Origin: Crocinitomicaceae bacterium
GTDB taxonomy: Bacteria > Bacteroidota > Bacteroidia > Flavobacteriales_D > CAJJDF01
Assembly (NCBI GenBank): GCA_024639505.1
Contig: JAHEIE010000018.1
Span: 2,777-66,776, forward strand
Reading direction: 5' to 3'
Length of the DNA stretch: 64,000 nt
Positions 39,679-49,847 of this stretch are shown piece after piece (the first letter of the stretch is position 1; each line of letters begins with the position of its first letter). Under the pieces are notes generated by a model. It made no database searches. It was not told the DNA's origin and worked only from the letters and a program-made list of their open reading frames with translations. A program made the position numbers and the translations under genes.

Positions 39679-40695
39679 TTAAATGGTAGATTTGAATTGG
39701 TCTAAAAATCGCACATCGTTCTCAAAAAACATTCGTAAATCATTGATTTGATACTTGAGCATTGCAATTCGCTCTACACCCATTCCAAACGCAAAACCTG
39801 AATATACTTTGGAATCTATTCCGCAATTCTCCAATACATTTGGATCTACCATTCCGCATCCTAGTATTTCTAAAAACCCAGTATGTTTGCACACGTTACA
39901 CCCTTTTCCCGAACAAATATTACAACTTACATCTACCTCAGCACTTGGCTCGGTAAATGGAAAATAAGAAGGTCTTAGCCTTATTTCTGTTTTCTCACCA
40001 AACATCTCTTTGGCAAAATAAAGTAGCGTTTGTTTCAAATCTGCAAACGATACATTTTTATCAATGTACAAGCCCTCAACCTGGTGAAATATACAGTGAG
40101 CACGAGCTGAAATTGCTTCGTTCCTGAACACTCTTCCTGGCGAAATTGTGCGGATTGGGGGTGTTGAGTTTTCCATCACACGCACTTGCACACTTGAGGT
40201 ATGAGTTCGCAAAGCATTTTCTTTATCAATAAAAAAGGTATCTTGCATGTCTCTTGCTGGGTGTTCTTTTGGGAAATTAAGCGCAGAAAAATTATGCCAA
40301 TCGTCTTCAATTTCTGGTCCCTCCGAAATGGAATATCCTACTCTCGAAAATATATCGATTATTTCATTTTTGACAATAGAAAGCGGATGACGTGACCCTA
40401 AATTATCCTCAGAAATTGGCAAGGACAAATCCAAAAAGTTATCGCTCGTATCTTCCTTTTGAGCAAAACTTGAGGATAACTCCACAATTTTATCTTGGGT
40501 CTTTACCTTCAATTGATTCAGCAATTGACCTACTTCTTTTTTTTGCTCGTTTGCTACTTCTTTAAACGAAGCAAACAAATCATTCAGCTCTCCTTTTTTA
40601 CCCAGAATTTTAATTCTCAGTTGCTCTACTTCCTCTAGTTTTTCTGCCTTAAATATTTCTACCTCGGCTAACAATTGTTCTATTCTATCTTTCAT
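39679..40695 (-). CDS. pheS: Phenylalanine-tRNA ligase alpha subunit
   Basis: Class II motifs ...FRNEAISARAH...GFAFGMGVERIAML; 338 aa. Confidence 0.95.
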   Translation of the reverse strand: MKDRIEQLLAEVEIFKAEKLEEVEQLRIKILGKKGELNDLFASFKEVANEQKKEVGQLLNQLKVKTQDKIVELSSSFAQKEDTSDNFLDLSLPISEDNLGSRHPLSIVKNEIIDIFSRVGYSISEGPEIEDDWHNFSALNFPKEHPARDMQDTFFIDKENALRTHTSSVQVRVMENSTPPIRTISPGRVFRNEAISARAHCIFHQVEGLYIDKNVSFADLKQTLLYFAKEMFGEKTEIRLRPSYFPFTEPSAEVDVSCNICSGKGCNVCKHTGFLEILGCGMVDPNVLENCGIDSKVYSGFAFGMGVERIAMLKYQINDLRMFFENDVRFLDQFKSTI

Positions 40696-41463
40696 CTATT
40701 TTTCCTCTTTATTCAGTAACGTTGCTTTATCTTCTTTGCTCAAGTAAATCATCTCAATCTTCATTCTTACATCATCCTCAGGTCTGTTTCCATTGGCTTT
40801 ATTTACTTTCACCGCTGCAATTTTATCTATCACTTCTATTCCTTTTACCACTTGCCCAAATACGGTGTAACCAGCATCCAAAAATGGTACTCCGCCAACC
40901 GTTGTATAGGCTTCTATTTGTTCCTCTGTAAACTTGAAATCAGGGATTTCTTCCATGTTCATGGATGGAGTAGTTTTTCTTTTGCTCTCTTCTATTCTTT
41001 TTAGTTGTTCTATCGTGTACACTCTTCCTTGCGCCAAATAAAACTGCGAACCAGACGATTCTTTTTTAGGGTTCTGCGCATCTCCTAATCTGGCTGTTGC
41101 CAAAGCTCCTTTCTTGTGGAACAAAGTAGAATCAAACTCAGCAGGAATTCTATATCCCGGGCCTCCATTTCCTAATTGAGCGCCACTCTTGGCAAATTTA
41201 GAATCTGGATCACCTCCCTGAATCATAAAATTATTGATGACTCTGTGAAAGAGTAAACTATCATAAAATCCAGCATTCACCAATTTTATAAAATTAGCCT
41301 TGTGCAAAGGAGTTTTATCCGACAATTCAACGAACATTTCGCCCATTGGGGTGGTTATTTTTACTAGAGGTTCAAGAGCAATTTTTGGTGTTTTTCGTAA
41401 CCCAGCACACTGGATCAACGTAACAACAACACAAAACAAAGCGATTTTTCGAAGAAATCTCAT
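40696..41463 (-). CDS. Cyclophilin-type peptidyl-prolyl cis-trans isomerase, exported
   Basis: FHRVINNFMIQGGDP. Start moved to the ATG at 41463 (MRFLRKIALFCVV signal). The stop abuts the pheS ATG. Confidence 0.9.
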   Translation of the reverse strand: MRFLRKIALFCVVVTLIQCAGLRKTPKIALEPLVKITTPMGEMFVELSDKTPLHKANFIKLVNAGFYDSLLFHRVINNFMIQGGDPDSKFAKSGAQLGNGGPGYRIPAEFDSTLFHKKGALATARLGDAQNPKKESSGSQFYLAQGRVYTIEQLKRIEESKRKTTPSMNMEEIPDFKFTEEQIEAYTTVGGVPFLDAGYTVFGQVVKGIEVIDKIAAVKVNKANGNRPEDDVRMKIEMIYLSKEDKATLLNKEEK

Positions 41464-41541
41464 ATTTATTCTTATTTTTGAAAGTATAAAACTACTAAAA
41501 TTAGAGTTACATTCTTTCAATAGCAGTAAAAAACACCAAAC

Positions 41542-41931
41542 ATGAAACAAATATTATCTATCCTTTTGGTTACTCTTGTAGCGATTTCTTTTTACAGTTG
41601 TAGAAAGGAATTGGACACTACCGCAACAGTTATAGTTGTAAACTCGGCTCAAGAGCCAGTGGCTGGAATTTCGGTAAGAGTATATTGCCCAACCTCAACT
41701 TGCGCAAACGGTTCTCTTAATGAAGACATGGATCGTGTTGATGTAACAAACAGCAGCGGAAAAGTAAAATTCAACTACACAGAAGATTACAAATTGGGTC
41801 AAGCTGGTTTTGCTGTGTTGGATGTAGAGGTTACTCAATCTGGTTCTACTTCACCTGATGCAACGGGTGTAATAAAGATTGAAGAAGAAAAAGAGAACGA
41901 ACAAACGATAGTTTGTCAAACTTGTCCTTAA
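41542..41931 (+). CDS. Small lipoprotein, Ig/carboxypeptidase-regulatory-like beta sandwich suspected
   Basis: Lipobox LVAISFYSC. 129 aa. Followed by a strong terminator. Confidence 0.55.
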   Translation: MKQILSILLVTLVAISFYSCRKELDTTATVIVVNSAQEPVAGISVRVYCPTSTCANGSLNEDMDRVDVTNSSGKVKFNYTEDYKLGQAGFAVLDVEVTQSGSTSPDATGVIKIEEEKENEQTIVCQTCP

Positions 41932-41956
41932 TTCACCGATAAAATATTTAAAGAGA

Positions 41957-41983
41957 ATCCTTTCTGAAACTTCAGGAAGGATT
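41957..41983. terminator. Bidirectional terminator between convergent genes
   Basis: Stem ATCCTTTCTGAA/TTCAGGAAGGAT (one mismatch), followed by T10. Confidence 0.8.
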
Positions 41984-41995
41984 TTTTTTTTGAAC

Positions 41996-42331
41996 TTATT
42001 TTTCTTCTTGAAAATACTCGATAATTGCTTTTTTCATGAAAGTTTCTTGTTCATCTGGTTTTAATACCGGCAATTCTTTCACCAACTTGAAGTGAGGCCA
42101 TCCATCATCATCATGACCTGTGTACTCATAAAAACCGTATGGTTCCATCAAGGTGCAAATTGCAATGTGCATCACATCCAATTTTTGGTCTTTGGACAGT
42201 TTCACAAATCCTTGATTTAATTCTTGAACTCCAATCATAAAAATAAGAGATTGCATATCCAGAGGCTCATCCATCTTTTTGGATACATCCTGAAGTAAAT
42301 CACGCCACTTTTTTTCAAATTCAAAATCCAT
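41996..42331 (-). CDS. Hypothetical cytoplasmic protein (111 aa)
   Basis: ATG at 42331 (MDFEFEKKW...) is preferred over the track start at 42367. No motif recognised. Confidence 0.5.
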   Translation of the reverse strand: MDFEFEKKWRDLLQDVSKKMDEPLDMQSLIFMIGVQELNQGFVKLSKDQKLDVMHIAICTLMEPYGFYEYTGHDDDGWPHFKLVKELPVLKPDEQETFMKKAIIEYFQEEK

Positions 42332-42379
42332 GAGGCAAAAGTAGGTTTTTCTTTGATTATAAATCAAAAAAATACAAGC

Positions 42380-42757
42380 CTAATTATGAATCTCACAAGA
42401 CTCTCTGTTTTTAAAAAATCTATGGCGATTGTTTGCGATAATATCGTACATCCAATCTCTTGTTGGTTTGGGTATTATCCAAAAAACAAGAGTTAAATTC
42501 CAAAAACCACCTAAATTTCGAGCTATTTTGAAAGCTGCACTTGATTTGTCAAATGCTTTTTGATTTGCAATCACAATTATAGAATCTGTTGATTCACTTA
42601 CCTCGTATTTCTTTTTAAATTCCTTTCCTTGAGGAGATTGCAATGAAAAATATCGAAATTTATGTTGGGCCTTTTGTCGTTGAATGAGAGCAATCCAAAA
42701 ATTGCAGAACTTACATTCTCCATCAAATAGAACAATGGGTTTTTGGATTTCTATCAT
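42380..42757 (-). CDS. Thiol-disulfide oxidoreductase DCC family (DUF393)
   Basis: N-terminal LFDGECKFCNFW matches the DCC CxxC motif. Confidence 0.8.
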   Translation of the reverse strand: MIEIQKPIVLFDGECKFCNFWIALIQRQKAQHKFRYFSLQSPQGKEFKKKYEVSESTDSIIVIANQKAFDKSSAAFKIARNLGGFWNLTLVFWIIPKPTRDWMYDIIANNRHRFFKNRESCEIHN

Positions 42758-42768
42758 CTCGTTGGAGA

Positions 42769-43272
42769 TTATTTAATCAGTTTACTCAATACTTTAAGAA
42801 ACCAGTTTTGATCCGATTTTGCAGCAATGTCTATAAATCCGTCAAACTTACTGATGATTGCATCTATGTCTTTGGTCACTTTTTTAAATTCTTTTCCTTC
42901 TGCCGTATTGCCCAATTCTGCCTCAGATACTTCTGCCAGCACATCTCTAATTGGAACAATTTCTCGTTTTCTTCTTTCTTTGGCAATTTGCTTCATCACA
43001 TTCCACAAATCTTTTTCGGCATAAAAATATTCCTTTCGTTCGCCAGGCTTGTATTCCTTAAAAACCAACCCCCAATCAATCAGCGCTCGCATATTCATGT
43101 TAGCGTTTCCTCTCGAGATTTTCAATTCTTCCATCACCTCATCAGTGGTTTTACTCTCGGGAGCAAGCATTAACAATGCGTGAATCTGCGCCATTGCCCG
43201 GTTGATTCCCCACGAACTTCCGAGAACTCCCCATTCTTGAATAAATTTATATTTTGCTTCTTGTAAATCCAC
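42769..43272 (-). CDS. GbsR/MarR-type winged-helix transcriptional regulator
   Basis: GVLGSSWGINRAMAQIHALL...ELKISRGNANMNMRALIDWGLV. GTG start at 43272. Confidence 0.7.
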   Translation of the reverse strand: MDLQEAKYKFIQEWGVLGSSWGINRAMAQIHALLMLAPESKTTDEVMEELKISRGNANMNMRALIDWGLVFKEYKPGERKEYFYAEKDLWNVMKQIAKERRKREIVPIRDVLAEVSEAELGNTAEGKEFKKVTKDIDAIISKFDGFIDIAAKSDQNWFLKVLSKLIK

Positions 43273-43417
43273 CTTAACTTGTTTTACACTAAGGTAATTT
43301 AATTTTTTATAGTTTCAAAACTTTTTGAAAGTAAAATAAGTGGTCCTTAGAAATCTATCCTTTCAATCTTGATTATTGAACAAAAAATTGTATTTTTACT
43401 CTGTAATCTAACTACCG

Positions 43418-43852
43418 ATGAAAAACATACTAATTATACTAACAGCAAGCCTACTTTTATTCGCTTGTAGTTCTGAAAATACAGAGCAAGAAATATTGGC
43501 TAATGCCCAATCTTCTTTTGTGATAGAAGGAATGACTTGTGAAGAAATGTGTGCCAAGAGAATTGAAGATAAAATAGCACGAACTGCGGGTGTTAAAGAA
43601 TGTACAGTTGATTTTGAAAACAATACCGCAACATTTAGCTACGACAACAAAACCACCGAGATAAATGACATTGTTTCGATGGTAGAAAAAATGGCAGACA
43701 GTAAGTACTCGGTTAAGGAATTAAAAACTGAAAAAATAAGTGTTGCGAACGGAGATATTAGCTCAGCAGAAAACAACGAAACAAGTCAAATTCTTTCTGG
43801 GTCTAGTTTTGAAATGCCCAATGTATTAGAATACTTTAGAAACATTATATAG
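43418..43852 (+). CDS. Heavy-metal-associated (HMA) domain lipoprotein
   Basis: Lipobox LLLFACS. GMTCEEMCAKRIEDKI is an HMA-like motif with CxxxC spacing. Confidence 0.7.
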   Translation: MKNILIILTASLLLFACSSENTEQEILANAQSSFVIEGMTCEEMCAKRIEDKIARTAGVKECTVDFENNTATFSYDNKTTEINDIVSMVEKMADSKYSVKELKTEKISVANGDISSAENNETSQILSGSSFEMPNVLEYFRNII

Positions 43853-43872
43853 TCTCTCTTTAAAGGAGACAA

Positions 43873-43990
43873 ACTTATAAAGAAAGGTGGAGGGAAAAGG
43901 CCCTGCGAAACCTTAGCAACCGTTCCGATATTTCGGAAAAAGGTGCTAAATCCTTCTCGTTTTGATTTCATTCAAATGGGAAATATAAGT
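43873..43990 (+). promoter_or_regulatory. SAM-I (S-box) riboswitch aptamer
   Basis: P1 ACTTATA (43873-79) pairs with TATAAGT (43984-90). Conserved core GGTGGAGGGA..GGCCC..GAAACC..GCAACC...GGTGCTAAATCC read directly from the sequence. Confidence 0.85.
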
Positions 43991-44011
43991 TGCACAAAAG
44001 GAAATTAAAAA

Positions 44012-44042
44012 ACCTCTTTGCAACTTGCAGAGAGGTTTTTTT
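44012..44042 (+). terminator. Riboswitch expression-platform terminator
   Basis: 11-bp stem ACCTCTTTGCA/TGCAGAGAGGT followed by 7 T, 44 nt before the metH-N GTG start. Confidence 0.75.
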
Positions 44043-44085
44043 ATGGGAAAAACTTCTGAAAAATTGAGATATAAAAAGAAGAAAA

Positions 44086-45084
44086 GTGAGTAATATAAAA
44101 GAAGAATTAAAAAAGAGAATCCTAGTCTTAGATGGAGCCATGGGAACTATGATTCAGCAATACAAGCTAGGCGAAGACGATTTCAGAAAAGGATGGTTTG
44201 AGAACAGTACATTTCCATTGAAAGGAAACAACGATTTGCTGTCACTCACTCGTCCAGATATTATAAAAGCCATTCATGGCAAGTATTTTGAAGCAGGAGC
44301 AGACATTATAGAAACCAACACCTTTAGCGGAACAACAATCGCCCAAGAAGATTACGGAACTCAGGACAAAGTATACGAAATCAACTTTCATTCGGCAAAA
44401 ATTGCCCGTGAGGTTGCAGATGAATATACTGCCCAAGAACCCAGCAAACCAAGATTTGTTGCTGGTTCAATTGGTCCAACAAACAAAACTGCTTCCATTT
44501 CGCCAGTAATAAACGACCCTGGGTTTAGGGCAATTTCTTTTGATGAATTGGTAGAGGCTTTTAAACTTCAAGCCACAGCTTTAATTGAAGGTGGAGTGGA
44601 TATGCTTTTGGTAGAAACAATCATTGACACGCTCAACGCAAAAGCTGCCTTATTTGCCATAGAGCAAGTATTTGAAGAAAAAGGAATTGAACTCCCAATC
44701 ATGGTTTCGGGAACAATTACCGACCAAAGTGGACGAACACTTTCGGGACAAACTACGGAGGCTTTTCTTATCTCAACCGAACACGCACCCATCACAAGTA
44801 TTGGATTAAATTGTGCTTTGGGAGCCAAAGATCTACGTCCATATTTGCAAGTTATGGCAAAAAAATCGCCTTTTCTTGTTAGTGCACATCCCAATGCTGG
44901 ATTGCCCAACGAATTTGGCGAATATGACGAAACCCCAGAAATGATGGCCGAGCAAATAAAAGTATTCCTTGAAGAAGGTTTACTCAATATTGTAGGCGGA
45001 TGCTGCGGAACTTCACCAGCACATATAAAAGCAATTGCCGATTTGGCAAAAGATTACGAACCTAGGTCCTTAAAGGACGACTAA
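44086..45084 (+). CDS. Homocysteine S-methyltransferase domain protein (N-terminal module of a split methionine synthase)
   Basis: [10 protein letters not shown], zinc-ligand region GLNCALG and [14 protein letters not shown] start; no in-frame ATG nearby. Confidence 0.9.
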   Translation: MSNIKEELKKRILVLDGAMGTMIQQYKLGEDDFRKGWFENSTFPLKGNNDLLSLTRPDIIKAIHGKYFEAGADIIETNTFSGTTIAQEDYGTQDKVYEINFHSAKIAREVADEYTAQEPSKPRFVAGSIGPTNKTASISPVINDPGFRAISFDELVEAFKLQATALIEGGVDMLLVETIIDTLNAKAALFAIEQVFEEKGIELPIMVSGTITDQSGRTLSGQTTEAFLISTEHAPITSIGLNCALGAKDLRPYLQVMAKKSPFLVSAHPNAGLPNEFGEYDETPEMMAEQIKVFLEEGLLNIVGGCCGTSPAHIKAIADLAKDYEPRSLKDD

Positions 45085-45204
45085 TTTTTTTGAGAAACAA
45101 CAACACAGTTAAATAAAAGAGTGGCAAACCAAAAGCATGTTCTCCACTTGAAGCAAAAAAATAAATAACAATATTACAAACAAGAAACACTAAACTAACA
45201 AGAT

Positions 45205-45282
45205 TGTCATTCCTGCGAAGGCAGGAATCTTATTCATCAGGCTGATTCTTTCCTTTAGATTCCTGCCTTCGCAGGAATGACA
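45205..45282. repeat. Perfect 26-nt inverted pair of GTCATTC-box hairpins (MITE-like unit) between metH-N and queF
   Basis: TGTCATTCCTGCGAAGGCAGGAATCT (45205-30) and its exact reverse complement (45257-82). Each arm is itself a hairpin. Confidence 0.8.
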
Positions 45283-45297
45283 AAAAAAACAAAAAAA

Positions 45298-45738
45298 ATG
45301 GGAGCACCAAAACTATACAAAGAGATAGACAAAACAATTCTGGAAGCGATTCCAAATCCTTCGAAAGAGGCTTACGAGATTAAAATAAAGATACCTGAAT
45401 TTACCTTTTTGGGAGTGAAAGAACAGCCCGATTTTGCTACGGTTTTTTTAACGATGTATCCAAAGAACAAAATCATTGAGCTAAAATCATTGAAACAATA
45501 TGCGTTTCATTTGCGTGATATAGTTGTTTCTTACGAGCGATTAATCAATATTTTTTACGATCACTTGATGGAAGTGTACGAACCAGACAGAATGAGAATA
45601 GAAATGATTTGTAACCCAAGAGGTGGAATTTCCGCAAAACTCGCTATCGACTCGGATTGGAGCGCAAGAGGAGGAGACGAAAAATACAAAGACTGGATGA
45701 ATACTCCTGGGACGGATAATTGGAGTGTGGTGATGTAA
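45298..45738 (+). CDS. queF: NADPH-dependent 7-cyano-7-deazaguanine (preQ0) reductase, unimodular type
   Basis: QueF motif IELKSLKQY plus catalytic Cys context. The first ATG (45277) lies inside the inverted repeat, so I prefer the ATG at 45298. Confidence 0.8.
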   Translation: MGAPKLYKEIDKTILEAIPNPSKEAYEIKIKIPEFTFLGVKEQPDFATVFLTMYPKNKIIELKSLKQYAFHLRDIVVSYERLINIFYDHLMEVYEPDRMRIEMICNPRGGISAKLAIDSDWSARGGDEKYKDWMNTPGTDNWSVVM

Positions 45739-45869
45739 TTTAGATTTTCAGATGTCAGATAATAGATATTAGACTTTTGAATGCTCTTTTTATAGAGAAA
45801 AGAAAATAGAACAGAGAGAATAGATTTTAAAAGATACTTCAAAAACTAAGGACTAATTATAAAGGACTT

Positions 45870-48557
45870 ATGACTAAGAAAAAAATGAAAAACTATACCT
45901 TAAAACTAAGCGGACTTGAACCGTTAATCGTTACACCAGAAACAAACTTTGTAAACATTGGGGAAAGAACCAACGTAACGGGTTCGCGTAAATTTTTGCG
46001 ATTGATAAAGGAAGAGCGATTTGATGAAGCATTGGATGTTGCTCGTGACCAAGTGGAAGGTGGAGCGCAAATTCTGGATGTGAATATGGACGAAGGAATG
46101 TTGGATGGAAAAGAAGCTATGGTTAAATTCTTGAATTTAATTGCTTCTGAACCAGACATTGCTCGTATACCTGTGATGATTGATTCTAGTAAATGGGACA
46201 TCATTGAGGCTGGATTAAAATGCATACAGGGGAAAGGTGTTGTGAACTCGATTAGTTTGAAAGAAGGGGAGGCAAAATTCATTGAACAAGCCAAAAAAGT
46301 AAAAATGTACGGAGCTGCCACTATAGTGATGGCTTTTGATGAAGATGGGCAAGCAGACACTTACGAACGTAGGATAGAAATTTGTAAACGATCTTACGAT
46401 ATTTTAGTAGATGTGGTAAAGTTTCCGCCTCAAGACATCATTTTTGACCCCAATATTTTTCCTGTTGCTACCGGAATTCCCGAGCATAATAATTATGCGG
46501 TTGATTTTTTTAATGCCACCAAATGGATTAAAGAAAACTTACCTGGAGCCAGAGTGAGTGGTGGTGTGAGTAATGTTTCGTTTTCTTTTCGAGGGAATAA
46601 TGCTGTGCGTGAAGCCATGCACTCGGCATTTTTGTATCATGCGATCAAGAATGGAATGGATATGGGAATTGTAAACCCAACTATGTTGGAGATTTATGAT
46701 GAAATTCCGAAAGAATTATTGGATAAAGTGGAAGATGTATTGCTCAACAGAAACGACAATGCAACTGAAGTTTTATTGGAATATGCCGACAATGTAAAAG
46801 GTGACGGAAAGAAAAAAGAACGGGATTTATATTGGCGAGAGCAAGACGTAAAAGGGAGAATTACGCATTCTCTAGTAAAGGGGTTAACCGAGTTTATTGA
46901 AGAAGATACCGAAGAATGTCGTTTGTTGTATCCAGAACCTATTCAGGTAATTGAAGGGCCATTGATGGATGGAATGAATGTGGTGGGAGATTTATTTGGG
47001 TCGGGAAAAATGTTTTTGCCGCAGGTAGTAAAATCTGCCCGAGTGATGAAACAAGCCGTAGCTTATTTGAATCCATTTATCGAAGCAGCAAAAAATGGAG
47101 ATGTTCAAGCAAATGGAAAAGTGTTGATGGCTACCGTAAAAGGAGATGTTCACGACATTGGGAAAAATATTGTGGGAGTGGTGCTGGGTTGTAATAATTA
47201 CGATATTGTGGATATGGGTGTAATGGTTCCTACCCAAGATATTATCAAAAAAGCCATAGAAGAAAACGTAGATGTAATTGGATTGAGTGGGTTGATTACA
47301 CCTTCTTTGGACGAAATGGTCGATGTGGCAACCGAAATGGAAAAAGCAGGATTAAACATTCCTCTTTTGATTGGTGGAGCAACAACTTCGCGAGTTCACA
47401 CGGCTGTGAAAATTGAAGAAAACTACAAAAGCGGACAAACTATTCACGTATTGGATGCTTCGCGTTCGGTAACTGTTGTGGAGAAATTATTGGGAAAAAC
47501 TTCAGAAGAATTTGTAACCGAAATTAAATCAGAATACGAAAGAGTAAGAGAAAATCACGCTAAGAAAAAAACAGAAAAGCGTTTGGTTGCTTATGACATG
47601 GCTCTTGAAAACAAACTAAAAATTGACTGGAAAGCTAAAGACATTTACAAACCCAATTTTATAGGAAACAAGACTTTTGACAACTTTCCATTGTCGGAAT
47701 TGATTCCATTTATCGATTGGACTCCTTTTTTCCAAACTTGGCAATTGGCAGGGCGATTTCCAAGAATTTTGGAAGACGAAGTAGTTGGAGAGCAAGCAAC
47801 TAGCTTATTTGCAGATGCGCAAGAAATGCTTGCCAAAATAGAGAAAGAAAAGTGGCTGACTGCCAAAGCTGTAATTGGAATTTGGCCAGCAAACTCCAAT
47901 GGAAAAGATAATGTGTTTGCTTACAAAGATGATTCTAGAAATGAAGTGGCAGATACTTTTTATTCACTGAGACAACAAACTCAAAAAGCCAAAGATTTAC
48001 CTAATCTCTCTCTAGCAGATTTTATTGCGCCTGCAGAAACAGGATTGCAAGACTACCTGGGAGGGTTTGTCGTAACTGCAGGGCTTGGAATTGAAAAATA
48101 CGTGCAAGAATACAAAGACAATTTAGATGATTACAATTCCATTTTGCTCAAAGCCTTGGCAGATAGATTGGCAGAGGCCTTTGCCGAATTGATGCACAAA
48201 AAAGTGCGTGAAGAATTCTGGGGATATGCACCAAACGAAAGGTTGGATAACGAAGAATTAATCAAAGAAAAATATCAAGGAATAAGACCAGCTCCAGGTT
48301 ACCCAGCTTGCCCAGATCATACTGAGAAAATTACTTTATTTAAGAAACTAAACGCTACCGAAGAAATTGGCGTAGAATTAACGGAATCTATGGCAATGTT
48401 TCCAGCTGCATCGGTTAGTGGATTTTATTACGCTCACCCACAATCCAAGTATTTTGGACTAGGGAAAATAGAAATGGACCAAGTAAAAAGTATTGCTGAA
48501 AGAAAAGGAATGGAGGTTGATAGAATGAAAAGATGGTTGAATCCTGTGGTTAATTAG
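45870..48557 (+). CDS. metH: Cobalamin-dependent methionine synthase (pterin-binding, B12-binding and AdoMet-activation modules)
   Basis: B12 motif [11 protein letters not shown]...SGLITPS, pterin-binding N-terminus, C-terminal activation domain; 895 aa. Confidence 0.93.
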   Translation: MTKKKMKNYTLKLSGLEPLIVTPETNFVNIGERTNVTGSRKFLRLIKEERFDEALDVARDQVEGGAQILDVNMDEGMLDGKEAMVKFLNLIASEPDIARIPVMIDSSKWDIIEAGLKCIQGKGVVNSISLKEGEAKFIEQAKKVKMYGAATIVMAFDEDGQADTYERRIEICKRSYDILVDVVKFPPQDIIFDPNIFPVATGIPEHNNYAVDFFNATKWIKENLPGARVSGGVSNVSFSFRGNNAVREAMHSAFLYHAIKNGMDMGIVNPTMLEIYDEIPKELLDKVEDVLLNRNDNATEVLLEYADNVKGDGKKKERDLYWREQDVKGRITHSLVKGLTEFIEEDTEECRLLYPEPIQVIEGPLMDGMNVVGDLFGSGKMFLPQVVKSARVMKQAVAYLNPFIEAAKNGDVQANGKVLMATVKGDVHDIGKNIVGVVLGCNNYDIVDMGVMVPTQDIIKKAIEENVDVIGLSGLITPSLDEMVDVATEMEKAGLNIPLLIGGATTSRVHTAVKIEENYKSGQTIHVLDASRSVTVVEKLLGKTSEEFVTEIKSEYERVRENHAKKKTEKRLVAYDMALENKLKIDWKAKDIYKPNFIGNKTFDNFPLSELIPFIDWTPFFQTWQLAGRFPRILEDEVVGEQATSLFADAQEMLAKIEKEKWLTAKAVIGIWPANSNGKDNVFAYKDDSRNEVADTFYSLRQQTQKAKDLPNLSLADFIAPAETGLQDYLGGFVVTAGLGIEKYVQEYKDNLDDYNSILLKALADRLAEAFAELMHKKVREEFWGYAPNERLDNEELIKEKYQGIRPAPGYPACPDHTEKITLFKKLNATEEIGVELTESMAMFPAASVSGFYYAHPQSKYFGLGKIEMDQVKSIAERKGMEVDRMKRWLNPVVN

Positions 48558-48587
48558 TTGCTGAACTCGAAAAAAACCACCAAAACC

Positions 48588-48617
48588 TTTGCAATTAATA
48601 AAAAACACCTATTTTTG
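48588..48617 (+). promoter_or_regulatory. Bacteroidetes-type promoter for rpsP (TTTG -33, TATTTTTG -7)
   Basis: TTTG at 48588-91 and TAnnTTTG match at 48610-17, with 18-nt spacing. A GGGT-TTCG-ACCC hairpin follows in the leader. Confidence 0.5.
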
Positions 48618-48666
48618 CAGTCCAATTAATAATCAGGGGTTTCGACCCTCTAAAATTTAACAAACA

Positions 48667-49176
48667 ATGCCAGTAAAAATTAGACTTAGAAGACTAGGAA
48701 GAAAAGGAAGACCTTTTTACCACATCGTAGCTGCTGACAGCAGAGCGCCAAGAGATGGAAAATTTCTTGAAAAAATCGGAACTTACAACCCAATTACTAA
48801 CCCTGCAACAATCGACCTTGATGTAGATGCTGCATTGAAATGGTTAGCAAACGGAGCACAACCAACTGATACTGCTAAGAACATTCTTTCTTACAAAGGT
48901 GTAATGTACAAAAAACACTTGATGAGGGGTGTTGCTAAAGGAGCAATGACTGAAGAGCAAGCAAACGAAAAATTCAATGCTTGGTTGGAAGAAAAAAATG
49001 CTAAGATTTCTGCTAAAGCAGAAGGAGTTTCTGCTAAAGCTGCCAAAGAAGCTGCTGACAGATTGAAAGCTGAAGTTGCTGTGAAAGAAGCACAAGCTGC
49101 TGCAATTGCTGCTGCTAATACACCAGTAGAAGAAGCGCCAGCTGAAGAAGCTGCTGCGTCAGACGAAGAAGAATAA
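48667..49176 (+). CDS. rpsP: 30S ribosomal protein S16 with Ala/Glu/Lys-rich C-terminal extension
   Basis: [31 protein letters not shown]. Total 169 aa. Confidence 0.95.
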   Translation: MPVKIRLRRLGRKGRPFYHIVAADSRAPRDGKFLEKIGTYNPITNPATIDLDVDAALKWLANGAQPTDTAKNILSYKGVMYKKHLMRGVAKGAMTEEQANEKFNAWLEEKNAKISAKAEGVSAKAAKEAADRLKAEVAVKEAQAAAIAAANTPVEEAPAEEAAASDEEE

Positions 49177-49185
49177 ATTTCTGTT

Positions 49186-49698
49186 ATGAAATTTGATGAA
49201 TATTTTAACCTTGGAGTGATCTCCAAGGTTTTTTCATTTAAGGGTGAAATTGTAGCTCGATTTGATGTAGAAGTTCCCAATTTATTTGATAACCTCAATG
49301 CTCTTTTCATTGAAGAAAAAGGAAACCTGGTCCCTTACTTTGTAGATAAAGTAGAACCACAACTCAATAGCTTTGTTCGAATAAAATTTCGTGGTATTGA
49401 TACACAAGACCAAGCCAAGAAACTTTTGAAGTGTGAACTATTCCTTCCTGATAACCTTTTACCTAAACTGAGTGAAGACGAATTCTACTTTCATGAAATA
49501 GTTGGTTTCACAGCTTTTGATGAAGAAGACAAAGAAGTAGGGGAAATTGTTGAAGTATATGATTTGCCGAACAATCCAGTAGCTGAGATTTTGATAGATG
49601 GAAAAGAAGTTCTTGTACCTCTCAACTTAATGATAGAATTGGATAAAAAGAATCAAAAAATCTATATTGAGATTCCTGAGGGGTTGGTAGATTTGTAG
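49186..49698 (+). CDS. rimM: 16S rRNA processing protein RimM
   Basis: Position after rpsP, RimM N-domain and PRC barrel (EIVEVYDLPNNPVAEI). Confidence 0.9.
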   Translation: MKFDEYFNLGVISKVFSFKGEIVARFDVEVPNLFDNLNALFIEEKGNLVPYFVDKVEPQLNSFVRIKFRGIDTQDQAKKLLKCELFLPDNLLPKLSEDEFYFHEIVGFTAFDEEDKEVGEIVEVYDLPNNPVAEILIDGKEVLVPLNLMIELDKKNQKIYIEIPEGLVDL

Positions 49699-49724
49699 GA
49701 ATTATTTTACACTTTTTTTAACGT

Positions 49725-49827
49725 GTCTTCCTGAACTTGATTCAGGATCTCTCAAAGAATATTTCACGATTAATTCAATTGGCAATATTTCAATGAATAA
49801 AGATTCTGAATCCAGTTCAGAATGACA
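49725..49827. repeat. Inverted pair of GTCATTC-box hairpins with different stems
   Basis: GTCTTCCTGAACTTGATTCAGGATC (49725-49). The reverse complement of 49801-27 is TGTCATTCTGAACTGGATTCAGAATCT. Confidence 0.7.
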
Positions 49828-49847
49828 AATGAAAAACACTAGTAACA

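Noticed and set aside
41464-41550. N-terminal extension of the cyclophilin ORF overlapping the 41542 lipoprotein gene
   Set aside because: The internal ATG at 41463 gives a proper signal peptide. The extension is hydrophobic and unrelated in sequence.
43853-44085. Cobalamin riboswitch upstream of the B12-dependent metH
   Set aside because: The conserved core (GGTGGAGGGA, GGCCC, GAAACC, GCAACC, GGTGCTAA) is that of SAM-I. No B12-box was seen.
44568-46360. 139-aa (44568-44987) and 155-aa (45893-46360) minus-strand ORFs inside the two metH modules
   Set aside because: Both are antisense to strongly recognisable MetH sequence, Ser/Ala-rich, and have no independent signals.
48891-49310. 139-aa minus-strand ORF spanning the rpsP 3' end and the rimM start
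   Set aside because: It is an artefact of the GCT/GCA/GAA-rich Ala/Glu/Lys tail of S16 read in reverse. It overlaps two well-supported genes.
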